Notes: generated by a model from the letters alone, not told the origin. Positions 10,346 through 21,034 are shown, numbered from the stretch's first letter. The stretch is 64,000 nt of DNA from Parcubacteria group bacterium (GCA_041659685.1 JBAZXV010000003.1:66040-130039); one strand, 5' to 3'. Numbers and translations: made by a program.

Positions 10346-13300
10346 TTATTTCTGCGGTTTCTTCTTTGTTTTTACTAAAGACACATAAAGCGTCGGAACA
10401 ACAAAAAGAGTGAAAAACGAAGAAATAGACAGTCCGAAAATTATGGCGCTCCCGAGCGAACGCCAGAGTTCGTTGGAAAGGGTGATTGGAATAATGCCGG
10501 CAATTGTGCAAAAGGAGGTGATGAAAATAGCCTCCAATCTTGATTTTCCGGCATCAATGGCCGCTTCTTCAAAAGGAATCCCGAATCGGATATTGAGATT
10601 AATCTTATCAATAAGAATTATCGCGTTTTTCACCACAATCCCGAAAAGAGCCAGAATGCCGATAAGCCCGGGAAAACTCAGGTTAACGCCGAAAATTGCC
10701 ATGCCGATAAAAACTCCAATGAGCGCGAGCGGCAAAGTGACAAGAACTATCATCGCTTCAATGAATGAATCAAACTGAATGACCAGGGTAACAATAATAA
10801 GAGCCGCCGCAATTGCCATGGCGCGAATAATGGAAAGCACCGATTCCGTGTTCTGCTCATTTTCCCCTCCGTAAGTAATCGAATAACCGGCCGGTAATTT
10901 GTATTCCCTTGCGGCGTTATCCTGAAACTCCTTGACGACCTGCGTCGAACTGGTTTTCCCAGAAACTCCCGCCGTGAGAAGCACGGTCCGCTTCTGATTA
11001 ATCCGGGTTATCGTATCAACTGACGGAACAAGCTGGATTTCAGCGACGTCCTTAATATAAACGGGCTGCCGGGAAGTGTTCAAAATTTCCAGATTTTGAA
11101 TCGCATCGAGCGAAGGTATTTTTTTGTTTTCAAATTTAGCCACCACATCAATAGTCTTGTTTCCGGAAATAACGTTTGTCACGGTTGTCCCGGAAATGGC
11201 CGTCCGGAGAGTATTCCCCACAAGAGCGGCATTGAGCCCGTAAAGTTCCATTCGGGCCGGATCGAGATGAAAAGTATATTCAGCCGGAGAATTTTTGAGG
11301 GAAATGTCGCTGTTCACCGTTCCGGGAATGGAATCGAGAATGGGTTTCAAATCCCGCGCAATTTTATCGAGCGTCTGAAGATCATCGCCGGATATTTGAG
11401 CCTGGAATGCCGATCCTGAAGGCGGACCTCCGCTTGGAGCGCTCACGGATATTGTTGCTCCTTGAATATCGGCAAAATCGCTTCTCATCTTTTGGGCCAG
11501 ATCATAGGATGTAATGGACCTTTTCGACGTATCGGTCAGTTTGATTGTGAACGAAGCGGTGTTGGAAGTATTTTGCGAAACCGATATCCCTTCTCCCTGC
11601 GAACCGGGGTTTCCGACTATGGTCGAAAAATTAACAATTTCCGGATACCCCAGCAATCTTTCGTCTATTTTTTCGGCAATCAGATTTGTTTCGGAAAGAT
11701 CAAGGCCCGGCGGCCCTTCAACAGAAATGAAAAGCGTGTCTGAGTTTTGCGGAGGAAAAAATTCAGATTTTACGATGCCAAAAATGGGAAGGGCGACGGC
11801 GGCGAGAAAAAGAACGGTCGTAGCGGCAATTGTCGCAATGCGCCTTTTTCTTGTTCCCATAATTTTCCTCAGATATTTTTCATAAACCGGAAGCACCCGG
11901 TCGAAATGGACGATTCCGTGGATAATTTTTCCCCCCAGCGACGCTTCCTCCCGAATCCCCTGCTTTCGCAATTTTTCTTTTATTAATTCATCACTGTCCC
12001 ATTCCCTTTCCATCAGGAGTTTGTTTTGATTTAAAATATTTTTTCCGCTTCCGAAATACCACGCAAACATCCAGGCGATAATGAAAAAAGCCACTGCTGA
12101 AATTCCATAACCCGGTATATTATGCTGGAGCGCGCCGAATGATCCGGCGGCAAGCAGCAGAAAGACGATAATTATGTAAAACCTTTTCGTAAACCGGATT
12201 CGCTCCAGGATCGCCGCCAGGGGATGATTTATCATAAGAGCGACAAACAGCGAGGCAACCAGGGTTACCGAGACCGTAATGGGAATGGATTTTATAAATT
12301 CGCCGATAATTCCCGTCGAAAGAAGAAGCGGAAGAAAGGCCCAGACGGTGGCAAGAGTCGTCGTGGTGAGAACAATTTTAAAATCATGAAGAACAAGAAG
12401 CACGGCCTCCTCCGGAGTATATTTCCCCGTTTTCATATATTGCTTCGTGGCCGAGACAACGACAATCGCGTCGTCCACCAGAAGGCCAAGCGAAAGAAGA
12501 AGGGAGAATATCGAGAGGAAATTCAGCGACGTTCCGGTCATTTGCATAACACCGAAAGTTATGAAAAAAACGAGGGGGATGGCCAGCCCGGCAACCAGCG
12601 CTTCTTTGAGACCTACGATAAGAAACAGGATTATCATAACAAGCGCAAGTGTCAGAAAAAAGTCATGCTGGAGCTGGGTAAAGTCTTTATTTATCTCGTC
12701 GGCCATATCAAGCGTGGATTGGTATTCGATTCCCGGAGGAAAAGTTTTCAGAAGGGTTTCTATGGTCTGATTGGCCTGGTTGACCGTATCCAGAATATTT
12801 CCTCCCGCCCTTTTGACCACCTGAATTGTTACCGCGCTTTGCGGCTGTCCGCCCTCGATTGAAAACCGGGAAAGAACCGTTTTTTCAATCGCGGTTTCCT
12901 GAACGCTGGCAATATCCTTAAGATATACAATCGCCCCGGAATCCGCATGGAGAACCGGAACGTTTCCGAGAGCCACTGCGTCAAAAAAACGCGCGTCAGC
13001 CCGAACAGGATAGTCAAATTCTTTCCCTTTAAAATTGCCGGCCGGAATAGCATGATTCGTCGCGGCAACAGCCTGATTGGCCTGATCAACCGAAATACCG
13101 TAAAAAGTAAGTTTTTGCGGATCATATGCAATATCGAACTCATTCTGATCTCCCCCGTCGACGTCTACCTGGCGTATGCCGGGGATTTTTTCGAGTTCGT
13201 CTTGGATTGTTTCCGCGTAACCGCGCATTTCAAACCCGTTATAGGGGCCGACGAGCGCGAATGTGACAATGGGAGTGTCATCAAAAGATATTTCAATTAC

Positions 13301-13882
13301 CTGGGGATCCTGGGCGTCGTCGGGAATATCGCGCCGGATGTTCGGCAATTGGTCCCGAAGGCTTCTGATGGCATCTGTCAGATTCTGATTGGAATCAAAT
13401 TCAACCGTGACGGAAGAAAAAGAGTTGGTTGAGTTCGAAGTGATTTTATCGACACCGGCCACTCCGGAAATATCCGTTTCGATTTTTTTTGTGACCAGCT
13501 CCTCAACATCCGAAGGAGACGCACCCGGATAAGCATCGGTGATAACAGCAATAGGAATTTTTACTTCCGGGTTCGATTCTCGCGGAAGGCGAAAAAAGGA
13601 GTACAGCCCCCATGCCGAAATCACGACGACAAGCAAAGCGACTACCCGAAAACGAGTAACAAAAAAATTGAGCCACGTCTTGCGAAGCTCCGGGCGAAAT
13701 TCAAGTTTTTCAAGATAGGCCGAATCAGTTGAAGTAAAATTTTTTCCTTTCTCGGAATCCTGCGGCCCCGAAGCGGCAACATCTCCAGATTTATTGGCAT
13801 TGCCCTGATGATTCGCATCGCCAGTGGAACTTTTACGGTTCGGGTCGAAATCCGGCTTTTCTTTTTCCTGAAAATTATTCAT
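10346..13882 (-). CDS. RND efflux permease, AcrB/AcrD/AcrF family
   Basis: YPGASPSDVE, GLLVDDAIVV, GIIGEF, GIVVKNAIIL; two large extracytoplasmic loops. Confidence 0.95.
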   Translation of the reverse strand: MNNFQEKEKPDFDPNRKSSTGDANHQGNANKSGDVAASGPQDSEKGKNFTSTDSAYLEKLEFRPELRKTWLNFFVTRFRVVALLVVVISAWGLYSFFRLPRESNPEVKIPIAVITDAYPGASPSDVEELVTKKIETDISGVAGVDKITSNSTNSFSSVTVEFDSNQNLTDAIRSLRDQLPNIRRDIPDDAQDPQVIEISFDDTPIVTFALVGPYNGFEMRGYAETIQDELEKIPGIRQVDVDGGDQNEFDIAYDPQKLTFYGISVDQANQAVAATNHAIPAGNFKGKEFDYPVRADARFFDAVALGNVPVLHADSGAIVYLKDIASVQETAIEKTVLSRFSIEGGQPQSAVTIQVVKRAGGNILDTVNQANQTIETLLKTFPPGIEYQSTLDMADEINKDFTQLQHDFFLTLALVMIILFLIVGLKEALVAGLAIPLVFFITFGVMQMTGTSLNFLSIFSLLLSLGLLVDDAIVVVSATKQYMKTGKYTPEEAVLLVLHDFKIVLTTTTLATVWAFLPLLLSTGIIGEFIKSIPITVSVTLVASLFVALMINHPLAAILERIRFTKRFYIIIVFLLLAAGSFGALQHNIPGYGISAVAFFIIAWMFAWYFGSGKNILNQNKLLMEREWDSDELIKEKLRKQGIREEASLGGKIIHGIVHFDRVLPVYEKYLRKIMGTRKRRIATIAATTVLFLAAVALPIFGIVKSEFFPPQNSDTLFISVEGPPGLDLSETNLIAEKIDERLLGYPEIVNFSTIVGNPGSQGEGISVSQNTSNTASFTIKLTDTSKRSITSYDLAQKMRSDFADIQGATISVSAPSGGPPSGSAFQAQISGDDLQTLDKIARDLKPILDSIPGTVNSDISLKNSPAEYTFHLDPARMELYGLNAALVGNTLRTAISGTTVTNVISGNKTIDVVAKFENKKIPSLDAIQNLEILNTSRQPVYIKDVAEIQLVPSVDTITRINQKRTVLLTAGVSGKTSSTQVVKEFQDNAAREYKLPAGYSITYGGENEQNTESVLSIIRAMAIAAALIIVTLVIQFDSFIEAMIVLVTLPLALIGVFIGMAIFGVNLSFPGLIGILALFGIVVKNAIILIDKINLNIRFGIPFEEAAIDAGKSRLEAIFITSFCTIAGIIPITLSNELWRSLGSAIIFGLSISSFFTLFVVPTLYVSLVKTKKKPQK

Positions 13883-13888
13883 GAGAAA

Positions 13889-15049
13889 TTACTGCGTGAT
13901 GCTTATTTCCTGTCCGTCTTGCACAAGCTTGCTCCCTTGGATTATTACCTCCGAATCAGGCGGGAGGTCGGCTTTTATATCGGCTGTTTCCCCTGTCACA
14001 TTGAGAATGTCGACATTAATTTTTTTTGCTTTTCCGTTTTCAGCGATAAAAATATAGTTTTCATTTTGCCCGACATTGATCGCAGAGAGAGGGAGAATGA
14101 GCGCTCCGGATTCGCCGGGGGTTTTTTCGACTGAAAAAGAAACACTGACAACGGTCCCGGAAAGAAGATCCGAATTACCCGGCTGCTTCGGATAGGCTTC
14201 GATTAAAAATCTTTTTGTCGCGCTGTCAGCCTGCGGAGAAATATTCCGCACAATAAAAGGAATTTCGCTTCCTTTATTGTCAGTCAAAGCAATCTCGAGA
14301 CCCCTTGAAACAGAAGACAGCTGGTTTTCATCGACATAAAATTGGACTTTCACATTCGCCGTTTTACTGACTTTGAAAAGAGACTGGCCGACAGAAATCG
14401 AATCTCCCGTTTCGACCATTTTTTGAGTGACATATCCGCTGATCGGACTTGTGATGAGATGGTCGTCAAGCGAGCCTTTATATCCCACCTTGGCGTTTTT
14501 GAGCTGGATTTCAGCCAGATCAACGGCCTCTTTGGCGGCATCTTTTTGCGTCTTCGTCACAGTCTTTTCAAGTGTCGGATTTTTTTTCTCGTAATCATAT
14601 TGGTCTTTGAGGTTATTATAGGTTTTTTTATCGAGTTCGAGTTGCTCCTTGGCCTGTTCGACGGATAATTGGGACTGCTGAACATCGGCGCTTTTAAATC
14701 CGCTTTCTCCGACTTTTTGCTTGTTTCCCGAATCGTCTATTCTTACAAGAAGCGAGCCGGCTCCGACGCGGCTTCCCAAGGAATAATTGACGACTGCGGC
14801 CGTTCCGGAAGATTTTGATGTTATCTCAATTTCCTGGTCGCCCGCTATTATAGCGGGATATTGGATGGTTTCAGCAAAAGACTGGCTATTCGCAACTGAC
14901 TGAACGGAAACATCCTGCGGAAACCTTGGCGGCTCTCCGGTGACGGGAGCCTGTTTTCTCGAAGAGCGAGCGAGAAAAATAAAAAGGGCCGCCACAGCGA
15001 CAATCAGGAAAAAAAGTATAATTCTCTGTTTAGATAAGCGTTTTTTCAT
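13889..15049 (-). CDS. RND periplasmic adaptor (membrane fusion protein)
   Basis: N-terminal TM, coiled hairpin, ITSPISGYV lipoyl half-motif, ISPQADSAT; directly upstream of the RND permease. Confidence 0.92.
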   Translation of the reverse strand: MKKRLSKQRIILFFLIVAVAALFIFLARSSRKQAPVTGEPPRFPQDVSVQSVANSQSFAETIQYPAIIAGDQEIEITSKSSGTAAVVNYSLGSRVGAGSLLVRIDDSGNKQKVGESGFKSADVQQSQLSVEQAKEQLELDKKTYNNLKDQYDYEKKNPTLEKTVTKTQKDAAKEAVDLAEIQLKNAKVGYKGSLDDHLITSPISGYVTQKMVETGDSISVGQSLFKVSKTANVKVQFYVDENQLSSVSRGLEIALTDNKGSEIPFIVRNISPQADSATKRFLIEAYPKQPGNSDLLSGTVVSVSFSVEKTPGESGALILPLSAINVGQNENYIFIAENGKAKKINVDILNVTGETADIKADLPPDSEVIIQGSKLVQDGQEISITQ

Positions 15050-15091
15050 ATTTTAGCCATGAACGGATAATGCGTTAATCGTCTAACAAAA

Positions 15092-15113
15092 AAATGTGAT
15101 TTAAATCACGTTT
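15092..15113. promoter_or_regulatory. CRP/FNR-type palindromic operator
   Basis: AAATGTGATTTAAATCACGTTT matches 19 of 22 positions of the E. coli CRP consensus AAATGTGATCTAGATCACATTT. Confidence 0.6.
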
Positions 15114-15123
15114 CCAGTTTCTA

Positions 15124-15152
15124 AATTTATATTATTCTGCGCGGCGTGTCAA
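15124..15152 (-). promoter_or_regulatory. Sigma70-like promoter of the RND operon
   Basis: Minus strand TTGACA-17 nt-TAAATT. Confidence 0.5.
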
Positions 15153-15378
15153 GCAGATCCGACTTTAAGCGGCAACATTAATAATGAATTTAAATTAAAT
15201 CAGGATCTATGCCATCGGGATTATCTTCTATAAGTCTTTTTTATCCCAAGATTTTTATGAAAGATTTTTTACGAAATACTTTACAAAAAGGCTTTTGTGT
15301 GCTTTAATTTGTCACAAGAAAGAATAAAAACTCCAGGCTTGGAGTGTTCTTTTTTATAAAATCAAGGGGGGTGAAAAG

Positions 15379-16281
15379 GTGTCCCAAATCGCAATTCGCT
15401 GGCTAAACCTGATCCGAGCGTTCTTTTTTCGGATAAAGTACAAAGCGTTCGATTATTTCGGCGATGCGGTTTTTGTCGCCGATTCCCGCGGAGCTATTCT
15501 TTACTGCAACCCCGTTATGGCAATTGCAATTAACATGCCGGCGGAAAAAATTATTGGCCTGCAATACGGGGAAATTGCCCATGAAACCGATTATCCTGCC
15601 GAAGATTGTCTGCACGCAAAAATGCAGACTTCTCTCCAAAGAGAGAAAACGACAGCGTCCATGAACGGACGCTGGTTCGAAATAATTTGCGATCCGGTTG
15701 TGAAACGGCACAGGTTGGCGGCGGTGATTCACACCGTCGTTGACATAACCTGGTATGTCGACCAAAAGGAAACGTTGAGGCAACTTGCCATAAACGATCC
15801 CCTCACCGGACTTTTTAACCGGCGTTACATGGAAGATTCCCTGAAAAAGGTTATCCAGCGATCCGAAATGGGCCGCACTCCCGTAGGATTCGTAATGCTG
15901 GATCTCGACCATTTCAAGAGATTTAACGATGATTTTGGCCACGATGCCGGCGATGTCTTGCTGGCAAGACTAGGCAAACTTCTAATGGACAGCGTCCGTC
16001 CGGGAGACATTGCCTGTCGCTATGGAGGCGAGGAGTTCCTTCTTATTTTGCCCGGCGCATCCAAAGAAGCTGCTTGGAGGCGGGCGGAAAAAATTTTAGA
16101 GGCAGTCAAAAAAATCGATCTAAACCATCGAGGAAACCGCCTTGGCGAAGTTACCATATCCGCCGGGGTGGCAATTTTCCCGGAACACGGAAAAACCGCC
16201 AGTGATGTAATCCATGCCGCTGACCAGGCCCTTTACCGAGCCAAGCGCGAAGGCCGCAATCGGGTAGCCGCCGCGGAATAA
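15379..16281 (+). CDS. PAS-GGDEF diguanylate cyclase
   Basis: PAS-like N-terminus, DPLTGLFNRR, DLDHFK.FND.FGH.AGD, RPGD I-site, RYGGEEF; GTG start with AGGGGGGTGA SD. Confidence 0.95.
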   Translation: MSQIAIRWLNLIRAFFFRIKYKAFDYFGDAVFVADSRGAILYCNPVMAIAINMPAEKIIGLQYGEIAHETDYPAEDCLHAKMQTSLQREKTTASMNGRWFEIICDPVVKRHRLAAVIHTVVDITWYVDQKETLRQLAINDPLTGLFNRRYMEDSLKKVIQRSEMGRTPVGFVMLDLDHFKRFNDDFGHDAGDVLLARLGKLLMDSVRPGDIACRYGGEEFLLILPGASKEAAWRRAEKILEAVKKIDLNHRGNRLGEVTISAGVAIFPEHGKTASDVIHAADQALYRAKREGRNRVAAAE

Positions 16282-16301
16282 GTATCGCAACACGATAATC
16301 C

Positions 16302-16338
16302 CAAGGGGACATTCTGATGAGTGTCCCCTTGTTCTTTT
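16302..16338 (+). terminator. Intrinsic terminator
   Basis: CAAGGGGACA/TGTCCCCTTG stem plus T tract. Confidence 0.8.
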
Positions 16339-16407
16339 CTATGTGATATAATTTAAGCAGTCGATTCGTATTATTTATTAATAAATGTTTAATTTCTAGA
16401 ATAAGCC

Positions 16408-17388
16408 ATGCCAAAAGTATATTTCTCAAAAAAAATTGAGAAAATAATCGAGAATATAGATTTTTCCCGCCTCGGAAATAACGTGGCCATCAAAGTCCAC
16501 TTCGGAGAAAAAGGATGCGTAACCTACCTCAGACCCGAGTTGGTTCGCGGAGTTTACGAAAAAATAACGAGCCTCGGGAAAAAGGCGTCCCTTATTGAAT
16601 GCAATGTTCTTTATAAGGGAAGCCGGACCAGCAGAGCGGAACACTTGAAAACCGCAAGAGACCACGGATTCGACATGCCGATTGATATTCTGGACGGAGA
16701 AGACGGAAGCGAATTTTCGGAAATTCAGGGTTGTAAAATCGGCAAGGGTATAGAAAAATACGATTCCCTGGTGGTTTTCAGCCACTTTAAGGGCCATCAG
16801 GCCGCCGGCTTTGGCGGAGCTCTCAAAAACATCGGGATGGGCCTTGGCAGCCGCGCCGGAAAACTCGACATGCATTCCAATGTGAATCCGTCCGTAGATC
16901 CCAATACCTGCGTCGGATGCGGAGTCTGCGTCGAAAATTGCAACGCTCAGGCAATCTCGCTCTCAAGCGGAAAAGCAAAGATCGACCAGGGAAAATGCGA
17001 GGGATGCGCCATGTGCATCGCCGTATGCGCAAATGGAGCGGTTCAAGTTCCCTGGCGGGGGAGAACCGCGGCGGATCTTCAGAAAAGGATTGCTGAATAT
17101 TCCTCGGCTGTCCTAAGCTTATTCCCGAACGCGATCTTCATCAGCGCTCTCGCGAATATCACAAAAGAGTGCGACTGCATGGGAATATCCCAAAAACCGA
17201 TAATGGAAGACATTGGATTTCTTTATTCAGATGATATCGTTGCCGTCGACAAGGCGGGTCTCGATCTTGCGGAAAAATATTCAGGCGGAAAATTTTCAAA
17301 AATTAACCCTGTCGATAAGGAAAAACAAGTTGAATTCGCCGAAAACCTGGGCCTCGGAAACAGCAAATATGAGCTTGTTGAGATTTAG
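16408..17388 (+). CDS. DUF362 Fe-S protein with a 2[4Fe-4S] ferredoxin domain
   Basis: IKVHFGE, SHFKGH..AGFGGALKN.GMG, two CxxCxxCxxxC motifs, ECDC. Confidence 0.9.
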   Translation: MPKVYFSKKIEKIIENIDFSRLGNNVAIKVHFGEKGCVTYLRPELVRGVYEKITSLGKKASLIECNVLYKGSRTSRAEHLKTARDHGFDMPIDILDGEDGSEFSEIQGCKIGKGIEKYDSLVVFSHFKGHQAAGFGGALKNIGMGLGSRAGKLDMHSNVNPSVDPNTCVGCGVCVENCNAQAISLSSGKAKIDQGKCEGCAMCIAVCANGAVQVPWRGRTAADLQKRIAEYSSAVLSLFPNAIFISALANITKECDCMGISQKPIMEDIGFLYSDDIVAVDKAGLDLAEKYSGGKFSKINPVDKEKQVEFAENLGLGNSKYELVEI

Positions 17389-17664
17389 AGCGAATGAAAT
17401 TTCTCCGGAAAGAAAATATGTGCTATAGTTTTAGCGACAATACATCTAAATCATTGGGGAATTAAAATTTTCTCCAAAAATTTTGATTTCTAGCATCTTT
17501 TATAAATCCTCCCCGAGGGATTTATTATTTTTTGCGCCCGGATCGTATTATGATCTAGAAACTTTCGTCTCGCGGCAACCTCCCGGAAAAACATTGACGA
17601 AAATTATCGGTCTGCCGCAAAGATCGTTTTGCAGTTTGGAGCAGTAATCAGTAATAACTTTAAA

Positions 17665-17901
17665 ATGTCCGCTTTATTAATTTTCGCCATAGTCTTAATC
17701 GCAATTTTTTTAATCGTGACAATTGCCATGCTCAGCCTGTGGCAATTTTACAAAGAGGAAAACATGATTGGCGGCCTTGCGTTAATGTGGCTTATTATCG
17801 CAATTTTTCTTTTAGTGGTTTTTTTTGCAAAAAACAATCAGAACCCGGCCGGCCCGCCGGCAACATCCCCCGGCGAAAGCGAAACGCAAAAAAATCCGTG
17901 A
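17665..17901 (+). CDS. Small two-TM membrane protein
   Basis: Two hydrophobic helices and a polar tail. Confidence 0.5.
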   Translation: MSALLIFAIVLIAIFLIVTIAMLSLWQFYKEENMIGGLALMWLIIAIFLLVVFFAKNNQNPAGPPATSPGESETQKNP

Positions 17902-18063
17902 AAGCCAAAAAGGCATTCCGCAACAGATTGTTTCCCGGCCGGCCCCTTTAGGGTCGGCTGTTTAAATTCCCGGCCGTATTTATACTCCGTTTTTTATTGT
18001 GCTAAAATGAAACAGTGGCGCTTTTTCGAAAAAACCCGCCAGCTATAATCTTCTCCGCCAAAA

Positions 18064-19629
18064 ATGAAAAAACCGGATAAATTTACAATTGCTTTCCTGC
18101 TGCTTCTCAGCGTTTTTCTTATCTTCAATTTATCCGTAATGGACAATTACGGGATGACATGGGACGAAGCGGCTCAGCAGCACATTGGAAAAGCGGCATC
18201 TGATTATGTGCGCGGAAACTCCGGCAAGATGGAATTTCTACGGGAGGATCTTGTTTATTACGGACCCTTTTTTGAGATAATGAACCAGGATTTCGGGACA
18301 TCAATGCTTGAATCGTTCCGGATGAATTATGTGAGCGCTTTTCATGTCCTCATTATAATTGCGGCCGCGGCGGGTCTCTTTTTTTTCTTCCGGCTGGTAT
18401 CGATGATGTTCGACGGGCAAACGGCCCTGCTGTCTTCCGCTTTCCTTGCGCTCTGGCCGATTTTTGCCGCCCATTCGCAGTATAATACCAAGGATATTCC
18501 CCTTTTTGCCGGATTCACCGCCGCGCTGTATTTTCTGTACGCCGGTTTCCGAAAAAGAATATTTTGGAAATTATTTGTCGCAGGCGCCATTTTTGGACTC
18601 GCTCTTTCAGTCCGCATCGATGCTCTTCTCCTTATTCCCGTTTTCTTTCTGCCTTACGCGGGATACCTCTTTTTCGGCCTCAGAAAAGAATCTGAAAAAG
18701 AATTCCCAAAGCGGTTTGGGACGGATTTTTTGTATGCTTTTGTTTTTATCGCAACCGGCGCCCTTTTTGCATATTTTTCCTGGCCGACTCTCTGGAAAAA
18801 TCCTTTTTTCTTTTTCCAGGCGCTCGGATATTTCCTCCATCACGGCTGGCCTGGACAAGTTCTTTATTTCGGAAAAATTTATACAGGATCCAACCTGCCT
18901 TGGCATTATGTCCCCTTTTATTTTCTGATCTCCATTTCCGTTTTGATCTTGATTTTGGCGGCATTCGGAACAATCATCGCGATAAGAAAGATGCGGGGAA
19001 GGGAAAAAATGCTTGAATATTCCCTTATTCTTGCCTGGCTTTTCCTTCGTCTCGCCGCAGGAATTTTTCCCGGCTCGGTGAAATACGACGGCATCCGGCA
19101 TTTCATAGTCATAGCGCCGGCGATAATGGTTCTGGCCGCGCTCGGGTTTGGAAAGTTTTTGGAAATAGTGCCGGAATATTTCCCGAAATCGGACAGTTTA
19201 AAAATAAAAGCCTGGCTAATCGCCGCTTTATTTTTATGGCTCGTTATTGATTTTTTTTGGATATTTCCCTTTGGAGGATCATATATCAACGAGCCGGCCA
19301 GAACTTTCATCCCAAAACCGATCGAAAAAAGATTTGATTTCGAATATTGGGGAGCGAGCTACCGCCAAGGTGTTGACTGGCTGAATAAGAATGCGCAATT
19401 AAATACTGGTTTTTGCGTTCCAATCGCCGGTCATCTTCTTCAATTTTATCCGATTCGCCCCGATCTCAAATTTGACTGCTCCGAAAACACTGATTATCTT
19501 ATATTTATAACCCGCTGGGCCTATCTCCCCTCCAATCTCGAAGAAAATTTCCATTTTTCGAACAAATCGCCCGCTTTCACTGTTTCCCGGTACGGCTCGG
19601 ATCTGCTTGAAATATATAAACTCAAATAA
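18064..19629 (+). CDS. GT-C glycosyltransferase (ArnT/PMT family 39-like)
   Basis: TWDE motif after TM1, YYGP, N.KDIP, PWHY, YDGIRH, EYWG; many TM segments. Confidence 0.85.
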   Translation: MKKPDKFTIAFLLLLSVFLIFNLSVMDNYGMTWDEAAQQHIGKAASDYVRGNSGKMEFLREDLVYYGPFFEIMNQDFGTSMLESFRMNYVSAFHVLIIIAAAAGLFFFFRLVSMMFDGQTALLSSAFLALWPIFAAHSQYNTKDIPLFAGFTAALYFLYAGFRKRIFWKLFVAGAIFGLALSVRIDALLLIPVFFLPYAGYLFFGLRKESEKEFPKRFGTDFLYAFVFIATGALFAYFSWPTLWKNPFFFFQALGYFLHHGWPGQVLYFGKIYTGSNLPWHYVPFYFLISISVLILILAAFGTIIAIRKMRGREKMLEYSLILAWLFLRLAAGIFPGSVKYDGIRHFIVIAPAIMVLAALGFGKFLEIVPEYFPKSDSLKIKAWLIAALFLWLVIDFFWIFPFGGSYINEPARTFIPKPIEKRFDFEYWGASYRQGVDWLNKNAQLNTGFCVPIAGHLLQFYPIRPDLKFDCSENTDYLIFITRWAYLPSNLEENFHFSNKSPAFTVSRYGSDLLEIYKLK

Positions 19630-19640
19630 CCATTAAATTT

Positions 19641-20444
19641 ATGAAACTAAAAATGAAAAAGGCGGGAAAAATATTTTTTGGAGGGACTGCAATTTTAGGC
19701 GCACTTTTTTTATCAGGTTGTTTTTATTCCAATCAGCAGCAAAATAGCGTCCTCAGAGGCACCGAGAGTTATGATATTAAAAAGTATGACGAGCGCCAGA
19801 CAGCCGACCCGGATTTAGGGGAAAAGCTGACAGTCAATCCCCCGTCTCCTGCTCCATCCTCAGATACTCCGCCTGCTTCCGCTCAAAGCCAGCAGCAGGA
19901 AATGCCGCCTCAGCCTGAAAAAACGGAAGAAAAAACCAAAGAGGCCCCCGCCATGCAAATTGATGAAACAAAGACATATTCCGCCGTTCTCAAGACGGGC
20001 GAAGGAGAAATTACAATCGATCTCGACGCCAAAAAAACTCCCAAGACAGTTAACAATTTTATTTCGCTCGCGCGGGATGGATTTTATGGCGGCACGACGT
20101 TTCACCGCGTCATCAAAAACTTTATGATCCAGGGCGGAGACCCGAACGGTGACGGATCCGGCGGGCCGGGATACAAGTTCGACGACGAAAATCTCGAAGG
20201 TGAATACAAACGCGGCACAGTCGCCATGGCCAACTCGGGCCCCAATACAAACGGCAGCCAATTCTTCATCATCCACAAGGACTACGATCTCCCAAAGCAG
20301 TATGTCGTTTTCGGACATGTTTCAAAGGGGATGGACGTTGTCGACAAAATCGCCGAAGCGGAGGTGACTGTGAACAAGTCGATGGAAAAATCGAAACCCG
20401 TGAATCCCGTGAAAATCGACTCGGTGGAGATAAAGGAAAAGTAA
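19641..20444 (+). CDS. Cyclophilin-type peptidyl-prolyl isomerase, lipoprotein
   Basis: LSGC lipobox; FHRVIKNFMIQGGDP, AMANSGPNTNGSQFFI, VFG.V. Confidence 0.95.
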   Translation: MKLKMKKAGKIFFGGTAILGALFLSGCFYSNQQQNSVLRGTESYDIKKYDERQTADPDLGEKLTVNPPSPAPSSDTPPASAQSQQQEMPPQPEKTEEKTKEAPAMQIDETKTYSAVLKTGEGEITIDLDAKKTPKTVNNFISLARDGFYGGTTFHRVIKNFMIQGGDPNGDGSGGPGYKFDDENLEGEYKRGTVAMANSGPNTNGSQFFIIHKDYDLPKQYVVFGHVSKGMDVVDKIAEAEVTVNKSMEKSKPVNPVKIDSVEIKEK

Positions 20445-20473
20445 AAGCTTTCTAATATTTTGAGTGGAAAATT

Positions 20474-20517
20474 GAAAAAAGAAGAAACCTTCCGGACCCC
20501 GTAGGATCGGAAGGTTT
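20474..20517. terminator. Terminator between convergent genes
   Basis: AAACCTTCCG/CGGAAGGTTT stem with a T tract on the minus strand. Confidence 0.7.
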
Positions 20518-20547
20518 CGCGAGGGGCGCCGCAACGCCGTGAAAGGC

Positions 20548-20877
20548 TCAGTAGATTTCTACCGCCACCAGAAGATGCAGGTTAACCGCATCGCAGGGAA
20601 TGTTTTCAGGCGGCCACGCTACGCGTTGTGGGATGGGCCGGCCACGCTTGCTCTTGGATAAGTCGGTCAAATGGAAGATGGAGTGTCCTCCGGGCTTGTC
20701 GGGATGCATCAAGACGTGATTGCGCACCACGACATTTTCAAGGATAAAGGACTCGCCCAGAGTACTTTTCCCTATAACCCTGACCTTTGGCCTATCCCCG
20801 AAATCCATCTTCATTTGCCGCAACAGTTCCTGCAGCGCCAGCGGTCCATCAAAACGTTGAATGCGCCGATTGCTCAT
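20548..20877 (-). CDS. Hypothetical protein
   Basis: GAGGAGG SD before ATG (MSNRRIQ). Confidence 0.55.
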   Translation of the reverse strand: MSNRRIQRFDGPLALQELLRQMKMDFGDRPKVRVIGKSTLGESFILENVVVRNHVLMHPDKPGGHSIFHLTDLSKSKRGRPIPQRVAWPPENIPCDAVNLHLLVAVEIY

Positions 20878-21034
20878 GCGTATCCTCCTCGCACAAAATG
20901 GTTGCATTGCCTATAGATTAATAGGCCTGGTGATTCCAGTCAACAGAAGAAATTTATCCTAAAAAAATTCGAGGCCGGGGCGCTCCTCCGAAGCACCACC
21001 GGCCTTTTGAATATTATCGAGCAGAAATTCAGCT

